Assembly: GCF_041146345.1 (NCBI RefSeq)
Contig: NW_027191405.1
Coordinates: 868,001-932,000 of the forward strand
Reading direction: 5' to 3'
Length of the DNA: 64,000 nt
DNA from: Neodothiora populina
Lineage: Eukaryota
The notes beneath the pieces are model-generated. The model was given only the letters and a program-made list of their open reading frames with translations, ran no database searches and had not been told where the DNA came from. This document shows positions 37,325 to 49,854 of this stretch, piece by piece; position 1 is the first letter of the stretch; every line of letters starts with the position of its first letter. The position numbers and the translations under genes are program-made.

Positions 37325-38511
37325 TGCCGAAGATGTATTAAAAGACAAGAAACCCAGAGACTGAGGTCGTGAAAGCATGATTGTCAGTTGGGTGTCCTCT
37401 GGTGAAGCGGAGTGCTGACCTACCTTATGCTATGCGATACACCGGGAAATTGGAAAATCAATCAAGACGCGGGATGCATTAAAGAGAAACTAAAAGTACA
37501 TGTACATTGCGTCAAGCGTCTCGGAGGGCTGGTCGTGGCCGTCGGTGGGTGAATGGAAATGTGCATGTGCAGCAGAAGGAAGACGGAAGTATTGATGGAA
37601 ATAAAGGAGCATTCGAGATACTGTAATTATGTGTATCATGAGCATCAAGCCACTCTGGCTACAAGAACACAGCTTACCTTATTTCTCATGATTACTACCT
37701 ACAGTTAGCTGCCGTGTATGGGGAAAAACATCCGTAGGGTTACTTTACTTCGTACCAAGTACCAACAATATACAGTAAGCGGAGTTAACCTGCCCTGCTA
37801 CTTCACCAATACTGGACTGCAATGCTCGAGAAAGACTGCATGTTTCCAGCTTTGCTGACCTTAGAATGTCCAATGAAGTGCACAGGCCTTGACCCTCTCT
37901 TCTGTACCTACCTTACCTACTCTGCACCACTGTTCTCGAGAATCCATCGCTGCACTCACTGTACAAGTAGGTGATCATCTCACCCTTTACTGTGGCTGTG
38001 TAAGGTACTGTGAATCGGGACAAGGAACCACAAAAAGGTGAAACCCCTTTGTCTGGGGTAAAGGCAACAGTTGCTGTATCTTCGCTTCACCGCCTACCGC
38101 ATTGTGATGTTTGTCCCAGTAACGCAGCAGATGCTCGTATACAGTCGAGACAAATAAAGGGTCCCGCGGGTCGCTTTACTGGGCTGCCACTGTAGTGTAG
38201 AGCGCAGAGGTGTACTGCCCGACTTCTTACTTGCTTCCCAAGGCAACAGTGCAAGTTGTCGCACAGTGGTGAACACTATTGCTTGTCTACCTGTACAAGC
38301 CCTCGTCTCCGTCTACAATAGTATCTCATCATCCTTCCCAAGTCTCATTCACAGACCTGTCAGATACCTGCGTGATCAGCACCATTTACCGCTCCACCCT
38401 CCGCATTGCAACGGAATAGGAATAAAACAAAATCAAACATAACAGGCATTAGTGTATGAACAACAAGAACAACAACACAAGTCGACTCCGCCCGACCCGG
38501 CCCAATGAGGC

Positions 38512-41500
38512 ATGTCAATAAACCACAACAATCGAAATGTCGACTCGCGACTCTCCCTCGGCGACAACGATCACGACGATGACTTGGACCTCGACCTGGA
38601 TGAACTCGATCCCCAGACTGCTTCTTCATTTGACCCGTCTTTGCGCCACAGTCGATCTCACAACTCGCGATCCGACCTGGACCTGGACCTGGACAGAAAC
38701 ATCCCCCTGAAGAGTCTGCGACTGGCGGGCAGAAGAGGATACAGGCGCACAGCCACCGATAGATACCAGGATGACGACGACCTCGAGGCCCTTGTCGGCG
38801 ACGATAACCATGGCCACTCGACTCCCGAAACCCCAACCGATGCCACACCCACTCCGCTCCTGCACTCTTCCGACTTCAACACATCTAGGCTATCCGAACA
38901 CCCTCCTTCTGCTTTTGCCAAATTCAAATCGTTCTTGACCAAGCCATTCACGAGAAGGTCATCATCAAAATCACCATTCGCCCCGGATGTCGACGAGTCT
39001 GCCGAGGAGGAACACGATCCTCTGACCAACCGCATCATCACGGTCGCGCAAAGACAGACTGCAAAGTACCCGCCCAACGCTGTTTCAAACGCAAAATATA
39101 CCCCTGTTTCATTCCTGCCGCGCACTCTGTACAATGAGTTTTCCTTCTTCTTCAACATGTACTTTCTGCTTGTTGCTCTGTCTCAGATAATAAAACCCTT
39201 GCGCATTGGATATCTCAGCACTTACATTGCTCCGCTGGCCTTTGTTCTTATGATCACTCTGGGCAAGGAAGCCATGGACGACATCGCAAGAAGGAGGAGA
39301 GACACAGAGGCCAACTCGGAGAGATACAATATTCTAGCGTTCGAGGAGGCTGAAGATGGCCTGCCTGTTCGCCCTCTGGCCAAAAAGGAAACATCTAAAT
39401 CACCGAAAAGGAAGAAGAAGGGAAGAGCGACCGTTGTCGAGCCGACTGGCGACTACGAAGAGCAGAACGCAGAACCTGCGCAGCCCTTGATGTCGACCAT
39501 GGTCCGGGAGGTCTCAAAACCTTCCCGAGACCTCAGAGTCGGGGACATTTTGGTTGTGACCAAGGATCGTCGTTTACCAGCCGATGTGATAATACTCAAA
39601 AGCTTCTCGACCGAATCAGCTTCCGCCACTGATGCTACGAGTGCTGGTGCTACCTCTGCTGCGGCGAATGCCAAGGAGTCTAATACTCCCCTCATAGATG
39701 CTGATACTGACAAAGCCTTGCCTCCACCCGCCCCCTTGGCTGACACAACGACCACTGATGACCCCAGCGCTGGGGGAGAAGCCTTCATCAGGACTGATCA
39801 GCTCGACGGTGAGACCGATTGGAAGCTCCGTCTTGCGTCGCCCCTTACCCAGGATCTCCCGGTGGAGTTTTATCAGAGACTGCAACTCACCGCCGGGAAA
39901 CCTGACAAAAAGGTCAACGACTTCCTCGGCACCCTCGAACTTCTTCCAGAGACCCGGAAGATGTACGACCCGTACATTCACAGAGACGCCGAGAACGACC
40001 CTGGTGAGTCGTCAGCATCGGCTGAGACCAAGTCAATACCTCTGTCCATCGACAACACTGCATGGGCAAACACTGTTCTCGCGTCCAGCTCTACTGTCTA
40101 CGCTGTTGTGGTATATACTGGGCCTGAGACCAGAGCAGCTCTCTCAACCTCTCCTTCCCGATCCAAGACGGGCCTGCTTGAACTCGAAATCAACTCGTTG
40201 ACCAAGATACTGTGTATCCTCACTCTCGCATTGTCTATTGTCCTCGTCGCATTGGAGGGATTCGATGCACAGGATGGACAGCCGTGGTATGTCTCGGTAA
40301 TGCGTTTCCTCATTCTCTTCTCCACCATCGTTCCCATCAGTCTTCGCGTCAATCTCGACATGGGAAAATCGGCCTACGCCCATCTCATCGAACACGACAA
40401 GGGCATTCCGGAGACTGTCGTCAGGACAAGCACTATCCCCGAGGACCTCGGCCGGATCGAGTATCTGCTCAGTGACAAGACTGGAACTCTGACTCAGAAC
40501 GAGATGGAGTTGAAGAAGATTCACGTCGGCACCGTCTCCTACGCCAATGAGGCAATGGACGAGGTCGCTTCATACATCCGCGCTGCCTTTGCGGATCTGG
40601 ACGGTCTTTTTCTGCCGTCGGCCAGCAACAATGCTGGGTTCGCATCGGGAACACGCTCAAGACGGGAGATCGGACTCAGAGTGCGTGATCTCGTGCTGGC
40701 TCTTGCTCTGGCTCACAACGTTACACCGACAATGGATGAAGTTGATGGAGAAATGCATACCTCATACCAGGCCTCGTCACCCGATGAGATTGCCATTGTA
40801 CAGTGGACAGAAGATGTCGGACTACGTCTTCTTCATCGTGACCGAAAGACGATCACGTTACAATCTACAGCTAACGACCGCATTGTTGTGCGTGTTCAGA
40901 TACTGAATGTCTTCCCATTCACTTCAGAAAGTAAGCGTATGGGCATCATTGTCAAGTTCTTGTACTCAGACAAATCATCTGCGTCTGGATCCGCAAGCAG
41001 TGATTTGGTGTTCTTCCAGAAGGGTGCAGATACTGTCATGACAAACATCGTCTCTGCCAACGACTGGTTGGACGAAGAGACCGCGAATATGGCGCGCGAA
41101 GGTCTCCGTACTTTGGTCATTGGTCGGAAAGCTCTTTCTACTGAGCAATACGAAGCTTTTTCGAGAGACTACGCGAATGCGTCACTTTCTCTGCATGATC
41201 GTGATACCTCCATGGCCAAAGTGGTGAAAAAATATCTTGAGCACGATCTTGAATTACTCGGTGTCACGGGTGTGGAGGACAAGCTACAGCATGCGATCAA
41301 GCCCTCGCTGGAGCTACTTCGGAATGCGGGCATCAAGATCTGGATGTTGACAGGAGACAAGGTCGAGACGGCGCGCTGCGTCGCTGTGTCGTCAAAGCTA
41401 GTCTCGCGTGGCCAGTATATTCATACGATCGCAGGCTTGAAGCGCAAAGAAGCTGCACTTGATGCATTGTCTCTATTACACTCACGTCCCAATGCTGCCC

Positions 41501-42528
41501 TCTTGATCGATGGAGAGAGCCTGGCCATTTACCTGACTCATCACCGCGAGCCTTTCATCTCGCTCGCTGTACGACTACCAGCCGTCATCGCATGTCGCTG
41601 CTCGCCAGATCAGAAAGCAGCAGTTGCCAAACTCATCCGCGAATACACGAAGAAACGAATTCTCTGCATTGGAGACGGTGGTAATGATGTTTCCATGATC
41701 CAAGCAGCCGACGTCGGTGTGGGTATCGTTGGAAAGGAAGGCAGACAAGCCTCGCTTGCAGCAGACTTCAGCATCACGCAATTCTCTCACTTGACGAAAC
41801 TTCTCGTGTGGCATGGACGAAACAGTTACAAGCGCAGTGCCAAGTTGGCTCAATTCGTCATTCATCGTGGACTTATCATCAGTGTCTGTCAGACTGTGTT
41901 TTCCGTCGCTAGTAAATTCACACCCATAGCCTTGTACAGAGATTGGTTACTCGTCGGGTACGCCACACTCTACACCATGGCACCGGTCTTCTCCCTTGTA
42001 CTGGACAGAGATGTCGACGAAGATCTGGCGAACTTATATCCTGAGCTCTACAAGGAATTGACTCTCGGTCGAAGTTTGTCGTACCGAACCTTTTTCGTCT
42101 GGGTAGGCATCAGCTTGTACCAAGGCATCGTCATCCAAGGCGGCTCCCAGCTTCTAGTCACAGACTTCGAGAGTGGCGCGACTGTGTCTGTGGACGACCC
42201 ATCGAAATTAACAGATGCAGACAAGGGCTTCATGCGCATGGTTTCGGTCTCCTTTACTGCGCTCATCATCAACGAGCTCGTCATGGTCGCCGCGGAAATC
42301 ACCACTTGGCATCCCATCATGATCATCACTCTGCTCGGCACATCGGGAATCTATTTCGCCAGTCTGCCGTTTTTGGGCGGCTACTTCGATCTGCACTATA
42401 TCGTCACTCTAGACTTTGTGTGGAGGACCGCCGCAGTGGCCGCTGCGGCTCTTGTTCCTGTGTACGCAGGAAAGTTGATCAGGAGGGCGGTCAGACCTCC
42501 GAGCTATCGGAAAGTGAGAGGTGTGTGA
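38512..42528 (+). CDS. NEO1: P4-type phospholipid-transporting ATPase Neo1 (ATP9 subfamily)
   Basis: NAVSNAKYT, IRTDQLDGETDWKLR, VPISLRVNLD, DKTGTLTQN (phospho-Asp), SPDEIA, MLTGDK, IGDGGNDVSMIQ, C-terminal PPSYRKV. Confidence 0.96.
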   Translation: MSINHNNRNVDSRLSLGDNDHDDDLDLDLDELDPQTASSFDPSLRHSRSHNSRSDLDLDLDRNIPLKSLRLAGRRGYRRTATDRYQDDDDLEALVGDDNHGHSTPETPTDATPTPLLHSSDFNTSRLSEHPPSAFAKFKSFLTKPFTRRSSSKSPFAPDVDESAEEEHDPLTNRIITVAQRQTAKYPPNAVSNAKYTPVSFLPRTLYNEFSFFFNMYFLLVALSQIIKPLRIGYLSTYIAPLAFVLMITLGKEAMDDIARRRRDTEANSERYNILAFEEAEDGLPVRPLAKKETSKSPKRKKKGRATVVEPTGDYEEQNAEPAQPLMSTMVREVSKPSRDLRVGDILVVTKDRRLPADVIILKSFSTESASATDATSAGATSAAANAKESNTPLIDADTDKALPPPAPLADTTTTDDPSAGGEAFIRTDQLDGETDWKLRLASPLTQDLPVEFYQRLQLTAGKPDKKVNDFLGTLELLPETRKMYDPYIHRDAENDPGESSASAETKSIPLSIDNTAWANTVLASSSTVYAVVVYTGPETRAALSTSPSRSKTGLLELEINSLTKILCILTLALSIVLVALEGFDAQDGQPWYVSVMRFLILFSTIVPISLRVNLDMGKSAYAHLIEHDKGIPETVVRTSTIPEDLGRIEYLLSDKTGTLTQNEMELKKIHVGTVSYANEAMDEVASYIRAAFADLDGLFLPSASNNAGFASGTRSRREIGLRVRDLVLALALAHNVTPTMDEVDGEMHTSYQASSPDEIAIVQWTEDVGLRLLHRDRKTITLQSTANDRIVVRVQILNVFPFTSESKRMGIIVKFLYSDKSSASGSASSDLVFFQKGADTVMTNIVSANDWLDEETANMAREGLRTLVIGRKALSTEQYEAFSRDYANASLSLHDRDTSMAKVVKKYLEHDLELLGVTGVEDKLQHAIKPSLELLRNAGIKIWMLTGDKVETARCVAVSSKLVSRGQYIHTIAGLKRKEAALDALSLLHSRPNAALLIDGESLAIYLTHHREPFISLAVRLPAVIACRCSPDQKAAVAKLIREYTKKRILCIGDGGNDVSMIQAADVGVGIVGKEGRQASLAADFSITQFSHLTKLLVWHGRNSYKRSAKLAQFVIHRGLIISVCQTVFSVASKFTPIALYRDWLLVGYATLYTMAPVFSLVLDRDVDEDLANLYPELYKELTLGRSLSYRTFFVWVGISLYQGIVIQGGSQLLVTDFESGATVSVDDPSKLTDADKGFMRMVSVSFTALIINELVMVAAEITTWHPIMIITLLGTSGIYFASLPFLGGYFDLHYIVTLDFVWRTAAVAAAALVPVYAGKLIRRAVRPPSYRKVRGV

Positions 42529-44274
42529 TGTGGAGACTAAAGGAGGGTTGCGAGAAGGAGAGGAAATATACAGATGAGGCTCTCCATCTAGGAAATGTCA
42601 ACAACATTAGCATAGCCCTCGAGCATCTTGTTTCTTTTCTTGCGGTTAGTTTTTCTCTGTTTTGGGCTTTCCTGATCTTTGCTTCTCGATATTCATGAAC
42701 ATAGCCATTTATACATCCTTTTCTGTTTTCCACCAGGAGGAAATGACGAGTTCTTATCAAGTATTCCAAGTCTGCATATTTTGGGTTTTTTTGTGTTCAC
42801 TACTCGTGCGCCTTCTACAGATACAGAACTACATACACAAACAACGGCATCTTGATGTGCTGCAGCATGCGTAGATATAGTAGTACTAGAGAAGACGCCA
42901 ACCATGCGAAATGTTGAACATGATGAGTTTTCTGATGTAACGTGCAGTCTTATGACTACTTGAGATGAGATATTCTATACCCTGATTGCCTTACTGCTGT
43001 GTTTAGCATATTCGCTTCCGTGAAGCGGATATACAGTATAGTAGTGTTAATATAGTCAGGTGGTACGGGAGTATGTACCCCACCGCATTGCCCATCTCAC
43101 TAAGCCGGAACAATTGACACGACACAACTACCTAGGTTACAGCAAGTTGTTCCAGACATAGGATTAAGAACATGGGTTTCTATCTTCCTTACTAGCATGA
43201 CGGCACATCGCGATACTACCTCACCGTACTATACTAATGCTAGTCTTCGCGTTTGCTGGCAAATCGCAGCCGTTCACTGTAGCTAGAACAGGATCCCCCT
43301 ATTTTTTTTGGCTCCCTGCTGACACGATCTCACTCGCTGGCTTGCCTGCATGCTGAGGCTAATGGTATGCTGTTCGTGTGACGAGGCTGGCGAGCAGAGC
43401 AGCAAAAGTCAGGCAGGCAGGTGTGAAGTGGGGAGAAGGGAGAATGCCGAAACCTCTTACGTTCCTCCCTTGATCGATCCGCCGCGATTTCTCCTTGCAA
43501 AGTGGATGAGCTACCTACCTTACTGCTACGATTTAACGGATTGGCTGATTACCCAGGTAAAACCGTCTCTTTTTCTGATGCCTGGTGGGGGGACTGGTTT
43601 ACCTCCTACCATGTCGTCGGGCTCCATCTCCGTTTTGTTAATGTCACCCCGTTGCTCTGCTTTACCTGAACTACTCACAATCATGATGCATGATGATGCT
43701 GACGATGATGATGTTCTTCATGCACAACAACGCATGTACAGCCCATTTCCGCAAAACCAAGGGTACGGATTCTTTTGCTTCCCACCGCTCCATCGCCATC
43801 ACTTGTCGCAGCGACTGCATGTATAACAGCTAAGGTATGCTACAGGTGCCACATGGCTCCTTTAGAACCACACGCCAGCCAGTACTTTTGTTCCTGTTCC
43901 TCATCTCTTCTTCCTCCATTTGTCCATGGAAAATATACTTTGTCTTAACGGGGAATATTATAGCCCATGAGGCTAACCACGCTGATGTACCCCTCGCTCC
44001 TACACTCCAGTGCTCAAGACAAGACAAGAGTCAGAGCAGGTAAGCTTTCTCTCATTTCTCCCGCTACTGGTTTCTTTCTGTCCATCCGGGAATCTGGTCT
44101 GTTCAGGTACCAAGACATTGCGCGAGCGCTCGCGCGCGTGAGGGATGACGTTTCTTACACATGTGGCGAATTGTTGGACCAGTACTTAGTGAGGTTGTCT
44201 TTTTCGGCAGAGGTACGGTACAGGCACAAGGCACAGGCACAAAAGGTACCACAAAGAGACAGACAGCCATGTAA

Positions 44275-44301
44275 AGGTAGGTAGGTAGGTAGGTAGGTAG
44301 G
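44275..44301. repeat. (AGGT)6-7 microsatellite
   Basis: aggtaggtaggtaggtaggtaggtagg. Confidence 0.9.
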
Positions 44302-45065
44302 CTGGAAAGGTAAGCAGGAGAAGTAGTCAGGCCTAGCTAGTAGTGGTTCTCCCTTTCTCCCTCTTCCTCATGATGAACGTCTGCCGGCTCATGCCTGTCT
44401 GTCTTTTTGTCTGTCCTCATGACAGGAAAAACGAGGCCCGATGAGAAAGGAACAAGGCAGGCTTGTGAGATTTGCATGAGAGATGCATGCTTTGTGTACT
44501 GATGACAGCGCCGCCTCCGTCAGATGCTCCCCTATCTCTTTCTGCTCCTTGCCCACGAGGGTTGCTGGTCTCACATCGAGGTTCTTCCTTAGTGCCGATG
44601 ATGATGACGAGGGGTCATGGTATGTGTCATATATACTACAACGGGTTGTGCGTTTTCCTGTCATGTTCATGTTTTTGGGGTGGTTGAAGTCAAAAACTTG
44701 GCTTGAGGGGTGATCCGGCGTGTCTTGTGGGTTTTGTTGATCTTATGATCTATACATATATCTAGGTCTTCAGGACCTCGATTCTCATTCCCCTTCATTG
44801 TACCTCAGTAAGCATACATTTACCTAGGAGCAGCTTGAGTAGCTGACTGGTTCGCTGCGCCTATCTTGGTTCGAGGCTTGAGAAGACCATAGTTCTTCTA
44901 CCTCATAGGACACTAGTTGCTGTGATCTCCTACATCTGCATTTATTCCCCCGGGCTCAAGCGTTGGTACTCCTCAATCCGCACTACTCTCAAGCCATCAT
45001 ATAGCTACTCGACGTGGAGTGACCAAGCAATATACTTCGACCCGAGCAAGTAACGGTTATCGATA

Positions 45066-46079
45066 ATGCTGCTCCCAAAGACTACCGCAACGGCCCTCCT
45101 GACCATCATCTCTCTCCTCATCCTTCCATCCCAAACCAGCCCGTTACAAAGACGCTCGGAAAGTGGTCCCCATACCTCGACCGACTTCCCAGACCCATCC
45201 CTCCTCCGCGTCGGAAGCACATGGTACATATTCGGCACTCAGTCTCTGTACGACAATCAACAGATCCACGTGCAAGTCGCCTCATCGCCCGACTTCTCCT
45301 CGTGGTCTGTGGACGCTGGCACCGATGCTCTGCCCTCTCTTCCGTCGTGGGTGAACGCTTCTTCCCCTCTCGTCTGGGCCCCAGACATCAACCAATTATC
45401 CGAAGGATCCCACATTCTCTACTTCAGCGCCACGACAAACTCTGCTGGCTCAGGCGCCTTTCACTGCGTAGGAACCGCCACCTCAAGCTCCATCACGGGA
45501 CCATACTCCCCGTCCAACTCACCCTTCGTGTGTCCGACGGACCAAGGTGGCGCAATCGACGCTTCAGGCTTCGTCGAAGCAGACAGCACGCGATACGTGC
45601 TATACAAAATCGATGGCAACGCTCTAGGCCACGGCGGCTCGTGCCACAACTCCGTGGCACCCATAGTGTCGACTCCGATCATGATCCAGAAAGTCGACTC
45701 CGGCGATGGCGTCACGAAGATCGGAGACGCAGTGCAGATTCTGTCGAATGCGGACGAAGATGGCCCCCTGGTCGAAGCGCCGAGTCTGGTTCGTGCTGCT
45801 GACGGGACGTATTTTCTCTTCTACTCGTCTGGGTGTTTTGCGGACGGAAGCTATACTCAGAAATACGCTACTGCTGATAGTCCGTATGGACCGTTCACGA
45901 GGGGCGCGACGAATCCGTTGTTGAGTAGTGGGACTTTCGGTCTGTCCGGGCCTGGGGGTCTGGATGCTGCTTTGGATGGTCAGCATGTGGTTTTCCATGC
46001 CCTTTCTGCGGCTGGAGATGGGCGGAGGTTTTTGTACTCTGGGATGATTGGGGGTAGTGGTGAGGTGGTTAGCATTTGA
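45066..46079 (+). CDS. Secreted glycoside hydrolase family 43 (arabinanase/arabinofuranosidase/xylosidase-like)
   Basis: Signal peptide plus RR propeptide site; DFPDPS, VWAPD, GGAIDASGF, GPLVEAP (GH43 catalytic Asp/Asp/Glu), GPGG...VFHA. Confidence 0.93.
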   Translation: MLLPKTTATALLTIISLLILPSQTSPLQRRSESGPHTSTDFPDPSLLRVGSTWYIFGTQSLYDNQQIHVQVASSPDFSSWSVDAGTDALPSLPSWVNASSPLVWAPDINQLSEGSHILYFSATTNSAGSGAFHCVGTATSSSITGPYSPSNSPFVCPTDQGGAIDASGFVEADSTRYVLYKIDGNALGHGGSCHNSVAPIVSTPIMIQKVDSGDGVTKIGDAVQILSNADEDGPLVEAPSLVRAADGTYFLFYSSGCFADGSYTQKYATADSPYGPFTRGATNPLLSSGTFGLSGPGGLDAALDGQHVVFHALSAAGDGRRFLYSGMIGGSGEVVSI

Positions 46080-46866
46080 TAAGGTAGTCCTTGATATGTC
46101 TGTGGCTTGGCCGGAAGGATATTGTGAATATGTGGGCTTGGACGATGGCTTGTGTATAATCTGTGCGGGAATGAAACTATGTTCCTTGGTATACGAACCA
46201 AACTTGTCCGGTGGAATGAGGACAGTTGCATAAGTATGGCTTTTCAGGCCTCAGTTCTTCTTCAGGTCAGATGTAGAATAAGGATCCTATCTTCTAGTAC
46301 AAATGTTCTGCTTCGGTATTCAGCTTGACTTTTATAGCTCCTGTGATTTCCATCGACATTTCCATGGCACGTCTGTAGAGATGGGAGAGGTGAAGACTAT
46401 GAAGAAACTGACTAATGTTCACAAGATAGAGGAGACGCTATCCGCTTCTTTGAACTTAGGAGAAGTCATAGCATTGTAAGTGATCAAGAAATGAAAAGAG
46501 AAGAAATCAGTTGGTCTACCTGCCATGCTATCGAAATAACAGCTATACAGATAGCCTACCTTCGTGCAAATTTGTGCTCGCCATCGACGATGTCATTATC
46601 ACTGATTACAAGGTCGAACTCGGTAGAAGCAGCTTGGTCGGTTTGCACAACCGATCACTCTCATTAGCTTCTCTCCCTTTCCACTCTTACTTCACTTCGT
46701 GCGAACAAGATAGCTTCAATCACTTACACTTGATTCCCTTCGCTGCGAGCACTATTCGTCTAGACTTACCTACTTCCATGACTTCCCAACTTTTGCTCCT
46801 GCATATTAGCCGATCACATTCCTACACCACTGGAAAAATCAACCGACTGACAACAACAAAGCAAAG

Positions 46867-47444
46867 ATGGCGACCCTCAATGAAAGAGAGATGAGAATCC
46901 TAGTTGCCGCAATCGAGAGCATGACCGCGGACATTGCTGTAAGTAAAGCAGAGCAAGGCAAATTCAAGCAAAGGCTACCGACCTCGCCGTTTCGTGAGAT
47001 GAAGACATCTTCGCATGACCTGCTATACAGCAGCAAGGCTTACTTACGCTTACATGCTTGCCACAGATCGACTACGAACTCCTGGGCGAGAAGCTCGGTT
47101 ACAGCAGGGCCACCGCGAACACCATGTGGAACCGCCTGAAGAAGAAGCTGAACATCAAGCGCGACAACTCGGCATCGCCTGCTGGCAAGAAGACCACACC
47201 CAAGAAGCGTTCTATTGCTCAAGTCAAAACTGAGGCCTCAGCTCAATCCGACGACGAAACTCAGCGTTCCAGTCCAGTCGCTCCTAAACGCCGTAGGATG
47301 ACCATGGCTTCGACCAAGGCTACGAAATACGTAGACGTCGAGATCTATGAGGATGGGGATGCCGAAAAAGAAGACCAGACCGAGGAGGATGGTGGCAAGG
47401 CCGAATATCTGAACATCGGTAGCCCAGTACCAGAGGAGGTATGA
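46867..47444 (+). CDS. Small fungal nuclear protein with N-terminal Myb/HTH-like helical domain; intron 46939-47066
   Basis: Spliced MATLNEREMRILVAAIESMTADIA|IDYELLGEKLGYSRATANTMWNRLKKKL; NLS-like TPKKR and PKRRR; acidic C-terminus. Confidence 0.75.
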
Positions 47445-48129
47445 AAGGCAGATATTACGGTTTAAGCCTCCGTGACGAGGACTGCAAGTGGGGTATTGCT
47501 GTCTTTGGAGGGAGAACTATCGAACAAAGCATGGCAGGTGTGGACAAACACATGAGCTCGAGGCTTATTGGATAGCACCTCGGTAGCGATCCCAGGCTAA
47601 ATACACAGCCGAGCATGTTGCGTGATTGCGCACAATATATACAACAAGAATCATTATTGCACAAATCAACGCAGTTCTTGAACATATGTGTACTCCTGCC
47701 TAATTTATACATCACATGTTTTGTGCTGTGCTGCGCTGCATGAAATGTGCACTTTATACAGCTTCAGGACGGACGGGAAGCGGCATGGACCAGAAGCTCG
47801 CCTGCATGTCTCGGCAGAATGTGAAACGCCGTAGGGTGTCACTGTCAATTTATTGAACTTTGCCGCTTCACATACAGCAACCCAGGACGACGTCTAGTCC
47901 ACATATGGCCCGAAAGAACGATCACACAGCAATAGTCTTCAAACGCCATCATGTAGCGCGACACCTAAGAGCTATGAGGGCCTCGGCCATTCAGCGACAG
48001 GCATGGCCGCCGATGCCGACGGTATGAACTGTAGTGTAGTGTACTATAAGCATAGTCCTTTCATACATTGAGGTAGGATGATGAGGAGAAACTTAGGTGA
48101 CCGCGGCTTGAAGAATCGCACCATAAGTG

Positions 48130-48136
48130 TATATAA
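48130..48136 (+). promoter_or_regulatory. TATA box of the GH53 gene
   Basis: TATATAA about 110 bp upstream of ATG 48242, followed by a CT-rich leader. Confidence 0.5.
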
Positions 48137-49426
<1,290 letters not shown>

Positions 49427-49854
49427 TCGCCGTCTGACATCTGATCAGTGGCATTCTCTTATACCTCAGGAAAAGGCGTGGAGACGAGCTTGTCCACCAT
49501 TGGTCGTGGTGATGACTGTGGCCATATCTTTTTGCTTCTCTTCTTGTTATTCGATCTTTAGTCAAACTTCATCTAAACCACGCTTCGTCCAGCTCATTCG
49601 TCCTCTTATCAACTTTCCCTCATCTGCAATGTCTTTGTAATAGTCTTAAATCTCCCAGAACTGCCACTCAGCAAAGAGAGGTGGGCTGCATGAGTGAGGC
49701 AGAGGCACATTCCCACATCCTTTTCTTGTATTGCTGTGGGCAATCTCTGGATTCATTGCATTTTATATTTGTTTTAGTGCGGTAAGATCGCTTCGTCTAC
49801 CGCACCTCCTTTCTAGTCTATCGAAGCCAACAAGAATCTCGCAAACCTTTGCAT

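Noticed and set aside
30681..37372. Numerous antisense/overlapping ORFs over Sec16 (and likewise over Neo1, eIF2D, GH43, GH53 and the carnitine acetyltransferase)
   Set aside because: Shadows of GC-rich codon usage and repeats in the real genes
42920..42985. Box C (ATGATGA) and box D (CTGA) motifs suggesting a C/D snoRNA
   Set aside because: No terminal stem and no convincing 10-nt or longer rRNA-complementary guide; snoscan/Infernal would be needed
44120..44135. Perfect 16-bp palindrome GCGCGAGCGCTCGCGC
   Set aside because: Single short low-complexity GC palindrome without supporting context
43350..44720. ORFs 43350-43826 and neighbours; several donor-like GTAAG/GTATG sites suggesting a non-coding host transcript
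   Set aside because: Low-complexity translations, no coherent exon chain, no recognisable RNA family
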